Origin: an uncultured Gaiellaceae bacterium
GTDB taxonomy: Bacteria; Actinomycetota; Thermoleophilia; Gaiellales; Gaiellaceae
Assembly (NCBI GenBank): GCA_963745775.1
Contig: CAVUYY010000012.1
Span: forward strand, 13,920-77,919
Direction of reading: 5' to 3'
Length of the DNA stretch: 64,000 bases
Shown: positions 32,079-40,849 of the stretch, one piece after another
How the letters are laid out: every line of letters begins with the position of its first letter
Numbering within the stretch: position 1 is the stretch's first letter
Position numbers and translations under genes: made by a program
Notes under the pieces: generated by a model
Database searches by the model: none
Seen by the model: only the letters and a program-made list of their open reading frames with translations
What the model was told of the DNA's origin: nothing

Positions 32079-32696
32079 CTAGGCGAGCTCAGTCTCGATC
32101 GCGCGCGCCAGCTCTGCCGGGTCGAAGCCGTCGGGGCCGCGGCCGCCCTGGAAGGCGACGCGCCCGTCGCGGTCGATCAGGTAGAGCCGGTCGGGCCAGC
32201 CGCCGTAGGCGAGAGCGCAAGCGTCGTCGACGTCGTCGAGGAGCACCGGGATCCGCGTCTCGAGCCGCGCCACGCACTCAACGGCGACCGCCGCGCGCTC
32301 CTCGAGCGAGGTGGGATCCGTGACCGCGATTTCCTCACGGCGGTTGTCGGCGAGCACCCAGCCGTCCTCGGGATGCGCCTCGCGGATGTAGACGATGAAG
32401 AACGCGACCTCGGCCCCGTGTCGCTCGTAGAGCTCCTCCAGCTCGCCCAACTGGCGGCGGAAGGGCGGTCAGGTGTACGAGCCGAAGACGAGCGCGACCG
32501 GCGTGCCGGCGAGATCGGCGAGGCGAATCCGCTCACCGCTCGGTCGGTGCGACTCGGAATCGAGCCGCGGCAGATCGAAAAGAAATGCATTGTCGCCGGG
32601 CCGGAGCTCGGGTGTCATCAGGCTCCGGTAGGTGGGCGAGCCCATCACGTCCTCGAGCGAGAGCGGTGAGTCGGTTGGCGTCTCGGGCGCGCTCAT
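32079..32696 (-). CDS. Deiodinase-like thioredoxin-fold protein with in-frame TGA (candidate selenoprotein; otherwise a nonsense pseudogene)
   Basis: ORFs 32469..32696 and 32079..32450 are in the same frame. They are separated only by TGA (32469-32471) plus 6 sense codons, reading ...PVALVFGSYT-TGA-PPFRRQLGELEELY...VYIREAHPEDGW...WPDRLYLIDRDGRVAF. Confidence 0.6.
32435..32457 (-). promoter_or_regulatory. Candidate bacterial SECIS hairpin
   Basis: On the mRNA, 11 nt after UGA: CCGCCAGUU-GGGCG-AGCUGGAGG. This gives about 9 pairs with one G-A mismatch and one G-U wobble. The G-rich apical loop starts 20 nt after UGA. Confidence 0.35.
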
Positions 32697-32708
32697 GGGT
32701 CCGGCGCC

Positions 32709-33593
32709 TCAGCCGACGAGGCGGCGGCGCTGCATGTCGACGCTCGGCGTGTTCACCTTCCATACGAGCCCGACGCGGCGCATGCCGCGGATCACGAGTC
32801 CGCCGATGTCGAGCTCCCACGGTTTGAGGCCGTGGAACGCCGACGACGGGAATGCGTGGTGGTTGTGGTGCCACGACTCGCCGAACGAGATCCACGAGAG
32901 CCACCAGACGTTGCGCGACTCGTCCTTGACCTGGAAGCGCCGTGAGCCGACGAAGTGGCACACCGAGTTGACCGACCACGTGATGTGGTGGAGCAGGAAG
33001 ATCCGGATCAGGCCGCCCCAGAACATCGCCTGGAGCCCTGCACCGAGCGTCCCTCCCCAGATCCAGCCGGCCACGAACGGGAGTAGCAACGACGCTGCTA
33101 CCCAGGCCGGGAACCAGCGTGAGATGAAGACCATCCCGCGGTCGGCGAGCAGGTCCTTGGCGTACTTCGTCCACTCGGCGCGGCCGACGGTGCGGAAGAG
33201 CCAGCCGATGTGGGCGTGCCAGAGCCCGGCGAGCTTGCCGCGTAGGCCGGGCTCGAAGCCGGCGTGCGGCGAGTGTGGATCGCCTTCCCGGTCGGCGAAG
33301 TTGTGGTGCTTGCGGTGGTCGGAGACCCACCGGATCACCGGCCCCTGCACCGCCATCGAGCCGAGCACGGCCAGGCTGTAGCGGATCGACTTGTACGTCT
33401 CGTAGGAGCGGTGCGTGAAGAGCCGGTGGAAGCCGATCGAGATCCCCAGCGTCGTCAGGGCGTAGCCGACCGCGAAGATCGTCAGGTCGCGCCAGGTCAC
33501 GTAGCTGCCCCAGAAGAGGAAGATCGACGCGAGGAAGGCGGCGAAGGGCAGCGTCACGCCGATGAGGTTCGTGATCTTCTGGCCGCGGCTCAT
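32709..33593 (-). CDS. Membrane acyl-CoA (stearoyl-CoA delta-9 type) fatty-acid desaturase
   Basis: The three His boxes HRLFTH, HRKHH and HNHHAF occur in a multi-TM protein. Start at Met57 of ORF 32709..33761. Confidence 0.9.
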   Translation of the reverse strand: MSRGQKITNLIGVTLPFAAFLASIFLFWGSYVTWRDLTIFAVGYALTTLGISIGFHRLFTHRSYETYKSIRYSLAVLGSMAVQGPVIRWVSDHRKHHNFADREGDPHSPHAGFEPGLRGKLAGLWHAHIGWLFRTVGRAEWTKYAKDLLADRGMVFISRWFPAWVAASLLLPFVAGWIWGGTLGAGLQAMFWGGLIRIFLLHHITWSVNSVCHFVGSRRFQVKDESRNVWWLSWISFGESWHHNHHAFPSSAFHGLKPWELDIGGLVIRGMRRVGLVWKVNTPSVDMQRRRLVG

Positions 33594-33660
33594 CCTCGCC
33601 TCCGTGCTCGCGACCTCGCTGGGAGCAACGCTCACCGGAGGAGAGTAGCGCCAGGTTCGG

Positions 33661-33675
33661 CGAGACGCGGTCTCG
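33661..33675. promoter_or_regulatory. 15-bp palindrome in the desaturase/liv divergent intergenic region
   Basis: CGAGAC-gcg-GTCTCG lies 40 nt upstream of the livG ATG and 68 nt upstream of the desaturase ATG. It is nested inside a longer GGAGAG...CTCTCC inverted repeat. Confidence 0.25.
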
Positions 33676-33714
33676 TTGCCTCTCCTACCCCCGGACCATA
33701 AGATCCGCCGACGC

Positions 33715-34485
33715 ATGGCCCTCCTCTCGCTGCGGAACGTCACGCGCCGCTTCGGCGGCATCGTCGCCCTCGACGGAGTCTCCTTCGACGTGGGCGAGGG
33801 TCAGATCGTCGGTCTCATCGGTCCGAACGGCGCCGGCAAGACGACGGCCTTCAACGTGATCACGCGGCTCTACACGCCGAACGAGGGCGAGGTGGAGTTC
33901 GCCGGCGAGAACCTCCTGAAGGCGCCGGTGCACGGGATCGTCACCCGCGGGATCGCTCGCACCTTCCAGAACGTCGAGCTCTTCAAGACGATGTCGGCGC
34001 TCGAGAACGTGCTGATCGGCGCTCACACCCGCGGTCGCGACTCGGAGCAGGAGGCACTCGAGGCACTGGACTACGTCGGACTGGCAGCGGTCGCCCGCCG
34101 ACCGGTGGCGGGACTGCCGTTCGGGACGCAGAAGCGCGTCGAGCTGGCGCGCGCCCTGGTCGCGAAGCCGAAGCTCCTGCTCCTCGACGAGCCCGCCGGC
34201 GGCCTCAATCACGAGGAGGTCTCCGAGCTCGGTCGCTTCATCCAGCAGATCCGCGACGACCGGAAGCTGACGGTGCTCCTCGTCGAGCACCACATGAATC
34301 TCGTGATGGGGATCTCGGATCACGTCCACGTGCTCAACTTCGGGCGCCAGATCGCCGACGGCAGCCCCGCCGAGGTTCGAGCGAATCCGGACGTCGTCGA
34401 GGCCTATCTCGGAACCGAAGACGAGCACGCCCCGAGCAAGAACGGCGACGCGCCCGCTCCGGAGGTCGCAGATGGCCCTGCTTGA
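33715..34485 (+). CDS. livG: Branched-chain amino-acid ABC transporter ATP-binding protein
   Basis: GPNGAGKTT, LPFGTQKRVELARAL and LLLLDEP. The LivG-type N-terminus RFGG..AL..VS is present. Confidence 0.85.
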   Translation: MALLSLRNVTRRFGGIVALDGVSFDVGEGQIVGLIGPNGAGKTTAFNVITRLYTPNEGEVEFAGENLLKAPVHGIVTRGIARTFQNVELFKTMSALENVLIGAHTRGRDSEQEALEALDYVGLAAVARRPVAGLPFGTQKRVELARALVAKPKLLLLDEPAGGLNHEEVSELGRFIQQIRDDRKLTVLLVEHHMNLVMGISDHVHVLNFGRQIADGSPAEVRANPDVVEAYLGTEDEHAPSKNGDAPAPEVADGPA

Positions 34486-35176
34486 GCTGCAGGACGTCGA
34501 GGCGCGCTACGGGCAGGTCAGGGCGCTCCACAGCGTCTCGCTTGCGGTCGAGGAGGGGCAGATCGTGGCCGTGCTCGGCGCGAACGGCGCGGGCAAGACG
34601 ACGACGCTGCGCGCGATCTCGGGCACGGTGCGGCGAACCGGCTCGATCTCGTTCGCCGGCAAGAAGCTCGCCCGGCACGGGCCGGAAGCGGTGGCGAAGC
34701 TGGGTGTCGCGCACGTGCCCGAGGGTCGCGGCACGTTCGCCGAGCTGTCGGTGGAGGAGAACCTGCGGCTGGGCGCCTACACCCGCCGCGGCTCGCTCGA
34801 CGACGACCTGAAGCGGATGAGCGGCTACTTCCCGTGGATCGGGGAGCGGGGCGACCAACACGCCGGCACGCTCTCCGGCGGCGAGCAGCAGATGCTCGCC
34901 CTCGCCCGGGCGCTGATGAGCCGGCCGAGACTGCTCCTCCTCGACGAGCCCTCGCTCGGCCTCGCACCGCTCGTTACCCGTGAGATCTTCCGGATCGTGC
35001 GCGAGCTGAACGAGGAGGACGGGCTGACGGTGCTCGTGGTCGAGCAGAACGCGGCGATCGCGCTCGAGGTCGCCGCCCGCGCCTACGTGCTCGAGGTCGG
35101 CCGTGTCGCCGTGTCCGGGACGAGCGAGGAGCTCGCTCGCGACGAGTCCGTCCGCAAGTCGTACCTGGGCTATTGA
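34472..35176 (+). CDS. livF: Branched-chain amino-acid ABC transporter ATP-binding protein
   Basis: GANGAGKTT, LSGGEQQMLALARAL and LLLLDEPS. It overlaps livG by 14 nt. Confidence 0.85.
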   Translation: MALLELQDVEARYGQVRALHSVSLAVEEGQIVAVLGANGAGKTTTLRAISGTVRRTGSISFAGKKLARHGPEAVAKLGVAHVPEGRGTFAELSVEENLRLGAYTRRGSLDDDLKRMSGYFPWIGERGDQHAGTLSGGEQQMLALARALMSRPRLLLLDEPSLGLAPLVTREIFRIVRELNEEDGLTVLVVEQNAAIALEVAARAYVLEVGRVAVSGTSEELARDESVRKSYLGY

Positions 35177-35183
35177 GCGGACG

Positions 35184-36068
35184 TTGGCGGCTTTCTTCCA
35201 GCAGGTCGTCGCAGGTCTGGCCACCGGGTCGATCTACGCGTCGCTCGCGCTCGCGCTCGTCCTGATCCACCGCGCGACCGGAGTGATCAATTTCGCCCAG
35301 GGCGAGATGGCGATGTTCACCACCTACATCGCCTGGACGCTGACCGCGAACCATGGCTGGTCGTACTGGCCCGCCTTTGCCGCCACCCTGCTCTTCGCCT
35401 TCGTGCTCGGCCTCGGGATCCAGCGGATCGTGATCCGGCCGGTCGAGCGCGGCCCGATCCTGACGACCGTGATCATCACGATCGGGCTCGTCCTCATCTT
35501 CAACGGCGCGGCGGGCTGGATCTGGTCGGCAGAGGTGCGTGCGTTCCCGAGCCCCTTCCCGAACGACACCTGGAACGTCGGCGGCGTATCGATCTCGGTG
35601 CAGGACGTCGGCACGATCGCGGTCGTCCTCGTGCTCGTCGTCGCGCTCGCGGCCTTCTTCCGGTTCACGAAGATCGGCCTGGCCTTACGTGCCTCGGCGC
35701 TGAATCCGGAGGCGAGCCGCCTCGTCGGCGTCCGCGTCGGCTGGATGCTAGGGATCGGCTGGGGGCTTGCCGCAATGCTCGGGGCGGTGGCGGGCATGCT
35801 CGCGGCGCCGACGATCTTCCTCGATCCGAACCTGATGCAGGCGATCCTGATCTACGCGTTCGCGGCCGCCGTCCTCGGCGGGATCGACTCGCCGCTCGGC
35901 GCGGTCGCCGGCGGGCTCCTCCTGGGCGTCGGCCTGAACCTGATCGAGACCTACGTCGACTTCATCGGCGCCGACCTCGGCCTGCCCGTGGCGCTTCTGA
36001 TCATCCTCGTGGTGCTGCTCGTCCGCCCCGCCGGGCTCTTCGGCAAACCGATCACGAGGCGTGTATGA
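35184..36068 (+). CDS. livH: Branched-chain amino-acid ABC transporter permease
   Basis: FFQQVVAGLATGSIYASLALALVLI is a typical LivH N-terminus. The TTG start was chosen just after the livF stop. Confidence 0.8.
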   Translation: MAAFFQQVVAGLATGSIYASLALALVLIHRATGVINFAQGEMAMFTTYIAWTLTANHGWSYWPAFAATLLFAFVLGLGIQRIVIRPVERGPILTTVIITIGLVLIFNGAAGWIWSAEVRAFPSPFPNDTWNVGGVSISVQDVGTIAVVLVLVVALAAFFRFTKIGLALRASALNPEASRLVGVRVGWMLGIGWGLAAMLGAVAGMLAAPTIFLDPNLMQAILIYAFAAAVLGGIDSPLGAVAGGLLLGVGLNLIETYVDFIGADLGLPVALLIILVVLLVRPAGLFGKPITRRV

Positions 36069-37201
36069 GGCGGCCGCAGTTCACGAGGCTGGAGCTCGTT
36101 CAGATGGCGCTCTTCGTCGTCGCCGTGGCGGCCGTGCTGCTCCTGCCGCGGCTGATCAGCGACTTCCGGGCGCAGCAGTTGGCCTACGTCGGCATCTACT
36201 TCATCGCCCTGCTCGGGCTCAACGTCCTCACCGGCTTCACCGGCCAGATCTCGCTCGGCCACGGCGCCTTCATGCTGATCGGCGGCTACACGACCGCGAT
36301 CCTGATGTCGAACGAGGATCCACCGCTCGAGCTGCTCGGCCATTCGTTCACGGGCGACGTGCGCGATATCTGGACGATCCCGATCGCCGGCGTCGTCGCA
36401 GGTCTCGCGGGCTTTCTCTTCGGCTTCCCGGCGCTTCGCCTGACCGGCCTCTACCTCGCGCTCGCCACCTTCGCGATCGCCGTGGCCGCGCCCGCCGTCG
36501 TCAAGAAGTACGAGGGGACGACCGGCGGCGGCAGCGGGATCAACCTCTTCGACCTCGAGACACGCACCCGCGTGATCGAGACGACCGATCCGGTCACCTT
36601 CGAGCCGATCTCGGAGCCGATCAGCATTCTCGGAGTCGAGGTTCCCAGCTTCAACGAATGGCTGTACTACCTCTGCTGGACGGTCGCGCTCGTGATGTTC
36701 GTGATCGCGTGGGCGCTCCTCCGCGGCCGGACGGGGCGGGCATTCAGGGCCGTCCGCGACAGCGAGCTGGCGGCTGCCTCCTCCGGCGTCAACCTCGCGC
36801 GCTACAAGACGCTCGCCTTCGGGATCAGCGCGTTCTACGCGGGCATCGCGGGCTCCCTGCTCGCGATCGCGACGACGTTCGTCAACCCCGACACGTTTCC
36901 GGTCACGCTCTCGATCTTCCTCCTGGTCGGCGTCGTGGTTGGCGGGCTCGGCTCCCTTTGGCCGCTCGTTTTCGGCGCCGTCTTCATCCAGTTCCTGCCG
37001 CTCTGGGCGCAGCAGCTCAACGGCCCGCTGCCCGACTCGATCGGACCGTTCACCGTGCCCGACTTCAAGGCGCCGGGTGCCCCCGCCGTGGTCTACGGCG
37101 TGGTGCTGATCCTGATCATGCTGGCCTTCCCCGGCGGAGCCGCCAGCGTCGTGCGCAGGTTGAGCGCCGCTGCGAGCCGCCGCTACCAGCGCGCCCGCTG
37201 A
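36065..37201 (+). CDS. livM: Branched-chain amino-acid ABC transporter permease
   Basis: LNVLTGFTGQISLGHGAF and RDSELAAASSGVN are LivM motifs. It overlaps livH by 4 nt. Confidence 0.85.
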   Translation: MRRPQFTRLELVQMALFVVAVAAVLLLPRLISDFRAQQLAYVGIYFIALLGLNVLTGFTGQISLGHGAFMLIGGYTTAILMSNEDPPLELLGHSFTGDVRDIWTIPIAGVVAGLAGFLFGFPALRLTGLYLALATFAIAVAAPAVVKKYEGTTGGGSGINLFDLETRTRVIETTDPVTFEPISEPISILGVEVPSFNEWLYYLCWTVALVMFVIAWALLRGRTGRAFRAVRDSELAAASSGVNLARYKTLAFGISAFYAGIAGSLLAIATTFVNPDTFPVTLSIFLLVGVVVGGLGSLWPLVFGAVFIQFLPLWAQQLNGPLPDSIGPFTVPDFKAPGAPAVVYGVVLILIMLAFPGGAASVVRRLSAAASRRYQRAR

Positions 37202-37212
37202 CGCGCTCACCG

Positions 37213-38394
37213 ATGCGTCGTCCAAGGCTCATCGTCTGCCTGATTGCGCTCACCGGGCTGATCGTCACCGGGGCGACGGCTTCGTCCGGCGCCGATCCCG
37301 GGATCACGGCGAAGACGATCCTGCTCGGGGGAACGGCGCCGCTCTCGGATCCGGCGTCCGCGTCGGTCGCGCGCGGCGCGGACGCCTACTTCAAGTACGT
37401 GAACGCACGCGGCGGCGTCAACGGCCGCGCGATCGCCTTCACGGTCGCCGACGACGGCTCGAGCTCGACTCAGGCTGTCGAGGCGACGCGGCAGCTCGTC
37501 GAGGAGGACCGCGTCTTCGCGATCGTCAACTCGGTCGGCACCGACGCGAATCTGGCGACGCGGGGCTATCTGAACGGGCTGCGGGTGCCGCAGCTCTTCG
37601 TCGGCTCTGGGGCGAGCAGCTTCGGGCGCGAGCACAGGCGCTATCCCGCCACGCTCGGCTTCCAGCCGAGCTACCGGGCCGAGGGAAGGGTCTACGGCGC
37701 CTATCTCGCCCGCACGAAGCCTCGCGCGCGGGTCGGCGTCCTCTTCCAGAACGACCCGTACGGCAGAGAGCTGCTGGCCGGACTCCGCGAGGGGATCGGC
37801 CGCTCCAGGGTGAGGCTCGTCGCTGCGGAGGGGTACGCCGCAGCATCGGCTGACGTGCAGACGCAGCTCGAGCGGCTGAACACGAGCGGCGCCGACACGC
37901 TGGCGCTCTTCGCGACCCCGGCGATCGCGCGCGTCGCGGCTGGATTCGCGGCCCGCCTCGGCTGGCGTCCGCTCCTCCTCGTGAGCGCCGACGCGAGCGA
38001 CTCGACCCCGATCGAAGGCGCGATCTCGATCGCGTATCTCAAGGATCCGCGCGACGCCGCCTGGCGCTCCGATCCGGGGCTGAGGCTCTATCGCACGGTC
38101 CTGGCGAGATACGCAAAGGGCGCCAATCCAGGCGAGATCGGCCACGTTCGAGGGATGGCGGTCGCGCACGAGACGGTCCGGCTGCTGAAGGCCGTCGGTG
38201 CGACCCCGACGCGTGCCGCCGTCACGGCGCAGCTTGCGAGGCTGCGCGACGCATCCAACCCATTTCTCCTGCCCGGGATCGTCGTCCGGACGAGCGCCAC
38301 AGAGCGCTTCCCGATCGAGCAGGCCCAGCTCCGGCGCCACACGAGGGGCTCGTGGAAGCGCTTCGGCGGGCTCTGGGACCTCTCCGCGGGCTGA
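37213..38394 (+). CDS. ABC transporter substrate-binding protein (LivJ-like)
   Basis: Last 393 codons of ORF 36061..38394. Signal peptide MRRPRLIVCLIALTGLIVTGATASSGA. Type-I PBP, paralogous to 6666..7931. Confidence 0.85.
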   Translation: MRRPRLIVCLIALTGLIVTGATASSGADPGITAKTILLGGTAPLSDPASASVARGADAYFKYVNARGGVNGRAIAFTVADDGSSSTQAVEATRQLVEEDRVFAIVNSVGTDANLATRGYLNGLRVPQLFVGSGASSFGREHRRYPATLGFQPSYRAEGRVYGAYLARTKPRARVGVLFQNDPYGRELLAGLREGIGRSRVRLVAAEGYAAASADVQTQLERLNTSGADTLALFATPAIARVAAGFAARLGWRPLLLVSADASDSTPIEGAISIAYLKDPRDAAWRSDPGLRLYRTVLARYAKGANPGEIGHVRGMAVAHETVRLLKAVGATPTRAAVTAQLARLRDASNPFLLPGIVVRTSATERFPIEQAQLRRHTRGSWKRFGGLWDLSAG

Positions 38395-38454
38395 TCGCGA
38401 ACGGTTCAGCCACACGCAACGTCCAGGCTCGATCCGGAACGTAAGCTGACGCCG

Positions 38455-40836
38455 ATGGAGCACGCCGACCTGCTCGACGCGCCGCCGGCCGATCTGCTCG
38501 CCGCGGCCCGCGAGCGCCGGCGCGGCGGCGGCCTCGTCACCTACTCGCCGAAGGTCTTCATTCCGCTGACGACGCTGTGCCGCGACGTCTGCGGCTACTG
38601 CACCTTCGCCCGTCCGCCGCGGCGAGGGGAGCGGGCGTACCTGAGCGAGGACGAGGTGCTTGCGATCGCCCGCGCCGGCGCCGCGGCCGGTTGCACGGAG
38701 GCGCTGTTCACGCTTGGCGACAAGCCGGAGCTCCGCTACAAGGTCGCGCGCGAGGAGCTCGCCGAGCTCGGGTGCGCGACGACGATCGAGTACCTCGCCC
38801 GCGTCGCGAAGCTCGTGCTCGAAGAGACCGGCCTGCTCCCGCACCTGAATCCCGGCGTCATGACCCGCGCCGAGCTCGAGCTCCTTCGCCCGGTCTCCGC
38901 CTCGATGGGGATCATGCTCGAGACGACCGCCGATCGACTCGCGGAGCGCGGTGGACCACACTGGGCCTCGCCCGACAAGCTGCCCGCCCGCCGGCTCGAG
39001 ACGATCGAGCTCGCCGGCGAGCTTCGGATCCCCTTCACGAGCGGGATCCTGATCGGGATCGGCGAGACGCGGGCCGAGCGGCTCGAGGCGCTGGAGGCGC
39101 TCGCCGGGCTCCACCGCCGCCACGGCCACCTCCAGGAGGTGATCGTCCAGAACTTCCGCGCGAAGCCCGGCACGCGGATGGCCGACCACGCCGAGCCGTC
39201 GCTCGACGACCACCTCTGGACGATCGCCGCGGCGCGGCTGCTCTTGCCCGCCGACGTCTCGGTGCAGGCGCCGCCGAACCTCGCGTACGACGACTTTCCA
39301 CGCCTCCTCGACGCCGGCATCGACGACTGGGGCGGCGTCTCGCCGGTCACGATCGACCACGTGAATCCGGAGGCACCGTGGCCGGAGCGCGAGCGGCTCG
39401 CCGACGCGACGCGCTCGCGCGGGCTCGAGCTCGCGCCGCGGCTGCCCGTCTACCCGGCCTTTCTCAGCGGCGAGTGGCTTGCGCCGCAGATCCTGACCCG
39501 AGCGCTCCGGAGCTCCGATTCGCTCGGGCTCGCGCGCGAGGATGGCTGGCATCCAGGCGAGCGCGGCGCCATCCCCTTCACCGTGGCGCGCGATCCGCTC
39601 CCGCTCGAGACGAGCGACGAGCTGGGGGAGGACGAGCTCGTCCGGCTCTTCCGTGCGCGCGGCGAGGAGCGGCAGCGCGTCTTCGCCGCGGCCGACCGGC
39701 TCCGCCGCGAGGTCTGCGGCGACGAGGTCACCTACGTCGTCACCCGGAACATCCAGTACACGAACGTCTGCTACTTCCGCTGCGGCTTCTGCGCCTTCTC
39801 GAAGGGGAAGCTCGCGGCCAACCTGCGCGGGGCGCCGTACCTCGTGCCGCTCGAGGAGATCGTCCGCCGCTCCCGCGAGGCCTGGGAGCGCGGCGCGACC
39901 GAGGTCTGCCTCCAGGGTGGGATCCATCCCGCGTTCACGGGCGACTACTACGCCGACGTCGTCGCCGCGATCCGGGCCGAGCTCCCGGATCTGCACATCC
40001 ACGCCTTCTCCGCGCTCGAGATCTGGCAGGGCGCGACGACGCTCGGCTTGCCGGTCGAGGACTATCTCGAGCGGCTGCGGGTGCTCGGGCTCGGCTCGCT
40101 CCCCGGCACCGCCGCCGAGATCCTCGACGACGAGGTGCGCGCGCTCATCTGCCCCGACAAGGTCTCGACCGAGCAGTGGCTCGAGGTTCACGCCGCCGCA
40201 CACCGAGTCGGCCTGCGCTCGAACGTGACGATCATGTTCGGGCACGTCGAGTCGCCGAGGCACTGGGCTCGGCACCTGCTCCGAGCGCGCGCCCAGCAGC
40301 AGGCGACGGGCGGATTCACCGAGCTCGTACCGCTGCCGTTCGTCCACATGGAGGCGCCCATCTGGCTGAAGGGGCGAGCGCGCTCGGGGCCGACGTTCGG
40401 CGAGACGCTGCTCCTCCACGCCGTCGCCAGGCTCGCCCTCCATCCGCACATCACGAACATCCAGGCGTCGTGGGTGAAGCTCGGGCCGGCCGGTGTCGCA
40501 GCGGCGCTCGCCGCGGGTGTCAACGACCTCGGCGGCACGCTGATGAACGAATCGATCTCACGCTCGGCCGGCTCCGAGCACGGTCAGGAAATGGCTCCAG
40601 AGGCGATGGAGGCGCTGATCCGAGCGAGCGGCCGGACCCCGCGTCAGCGCACGACGCTCTACGGCGAGGTTCCGGCCGAACGGCGGGCGGCATCCTTCGG
40701 AGCAGCCCCTCTGGCAGAGCCGCTCAGCCCGCACGTCCGGGAGGCGAGGCTCCAGGCGCCGCCGAAGCTCGCCAGGCCCGGGCATGTTGGCATCTGGGCC
40801 AATCGCGCGCTAGGCTGCGCGTCCGATCAGTCCTAG
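38455..40836 (+). CDS. fbiC: Bifunctional FO synthase (CofG+CofH), F420 biosynthesis
   Basis: 793 aa with two radical-SAM CxxxCxxC motifs (CRDVCGYCTF and CYFRCGFCAF). Length and order are typical of actinobacterial FbiC. Confidence 0.9.
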   Translation: MEHADLLDAPPADLLAAARERRRGGGLVTYSPKVFIPLTTLCRDVCGYCTFARPPRRGERAYLSEDEVLAIARAGAAAGCTEALFTLGDKPELRYKVAREELAELGCATTIEYLARVAKLVLEETGLLPHLNPGVMTRAELELLRPVSASMGIMLETTADRLAERGGPHWASPDKLPARRLETIELAGELRIPFTSGILIGIGETRAERLEALEALAGLHRRHGHLQEVIVQNFRAKPGTRMADHAEPSLDDHLWTIAAARLLLPADVSVQAPPNLAYDDFPRLLDAGIDDWGGVSPVTIDHVNPEAPWPERERLADATRSRGLELAPRLPVYPAFLSGEWLAPQILTRALRSSDSLGLAREDGWHPGERGAIPFTVARDPLPLETSDELGEDELVRLFRARGEERQRVFAAADRLRREVCGDEVTYVVTRNIQYTNVCYFRCGFCAFSKGKLAANLRGAPYLVPLEEIVRRSREAWERGATEVCLQGGIHPAFTGDYYADVVAAIRAELPDLHIHAFSALEIWQGATTLGLPVEDYLERLRVLGLGSLPGTAAEILDDEVRALICPDKVSTEQWLEVHAAAHRVGLRSNVTIMFGHVESPRHWARHLLRARAQQQATGGFTELVPLPFVHMEAPIWLKGRARSGPTFGETLLLHAVARLALHPHITNIQASWVKLGPAGVAAALAAGVNDLGGTLMNESISRSAGSEHGQEMAPEAMEALIRASGRTPRQRTTLYGEVPAERRAASFGAAPLAEPLSPHVREARLQAPPKLARPGHVGIWANRALGCASDQS

Positions 40837-40849
40837 GGGAGTGGAGAAC

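Noticed and set aside
32451-32471. Treating 32469..32696 and 32079..32450 as two separate small genes, or as a plain nonsense pseudogene.
   Set aside because: This is not fully excluded. However, the two halves are in the same frame, and each alone would be an incomplete thioredoxin fold. The TGA falls exactly on the conserved Cys/Sec position. A SECIS-like hairpin follows at the expected distance.
37207-40449. 1080-aa ORF on the minus strand. Similar long ORFs: 40724..43288(-), 23520..26180(+), 7928..9478(-), 9144..10184(-), 53557..55434(-), 59879..61819(-).
   Set aside because: These lie antisense to, or out of frame with, well-supported genes (fbiC, the PD40 protein, ADH/FadE, ACAD, thiolase, lepA, the AAA+ gene). 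Their translations are monotonous R/A/G/P/D-rich strings without motifs. They are typical shadow ORFs of a very GC-rich genome.
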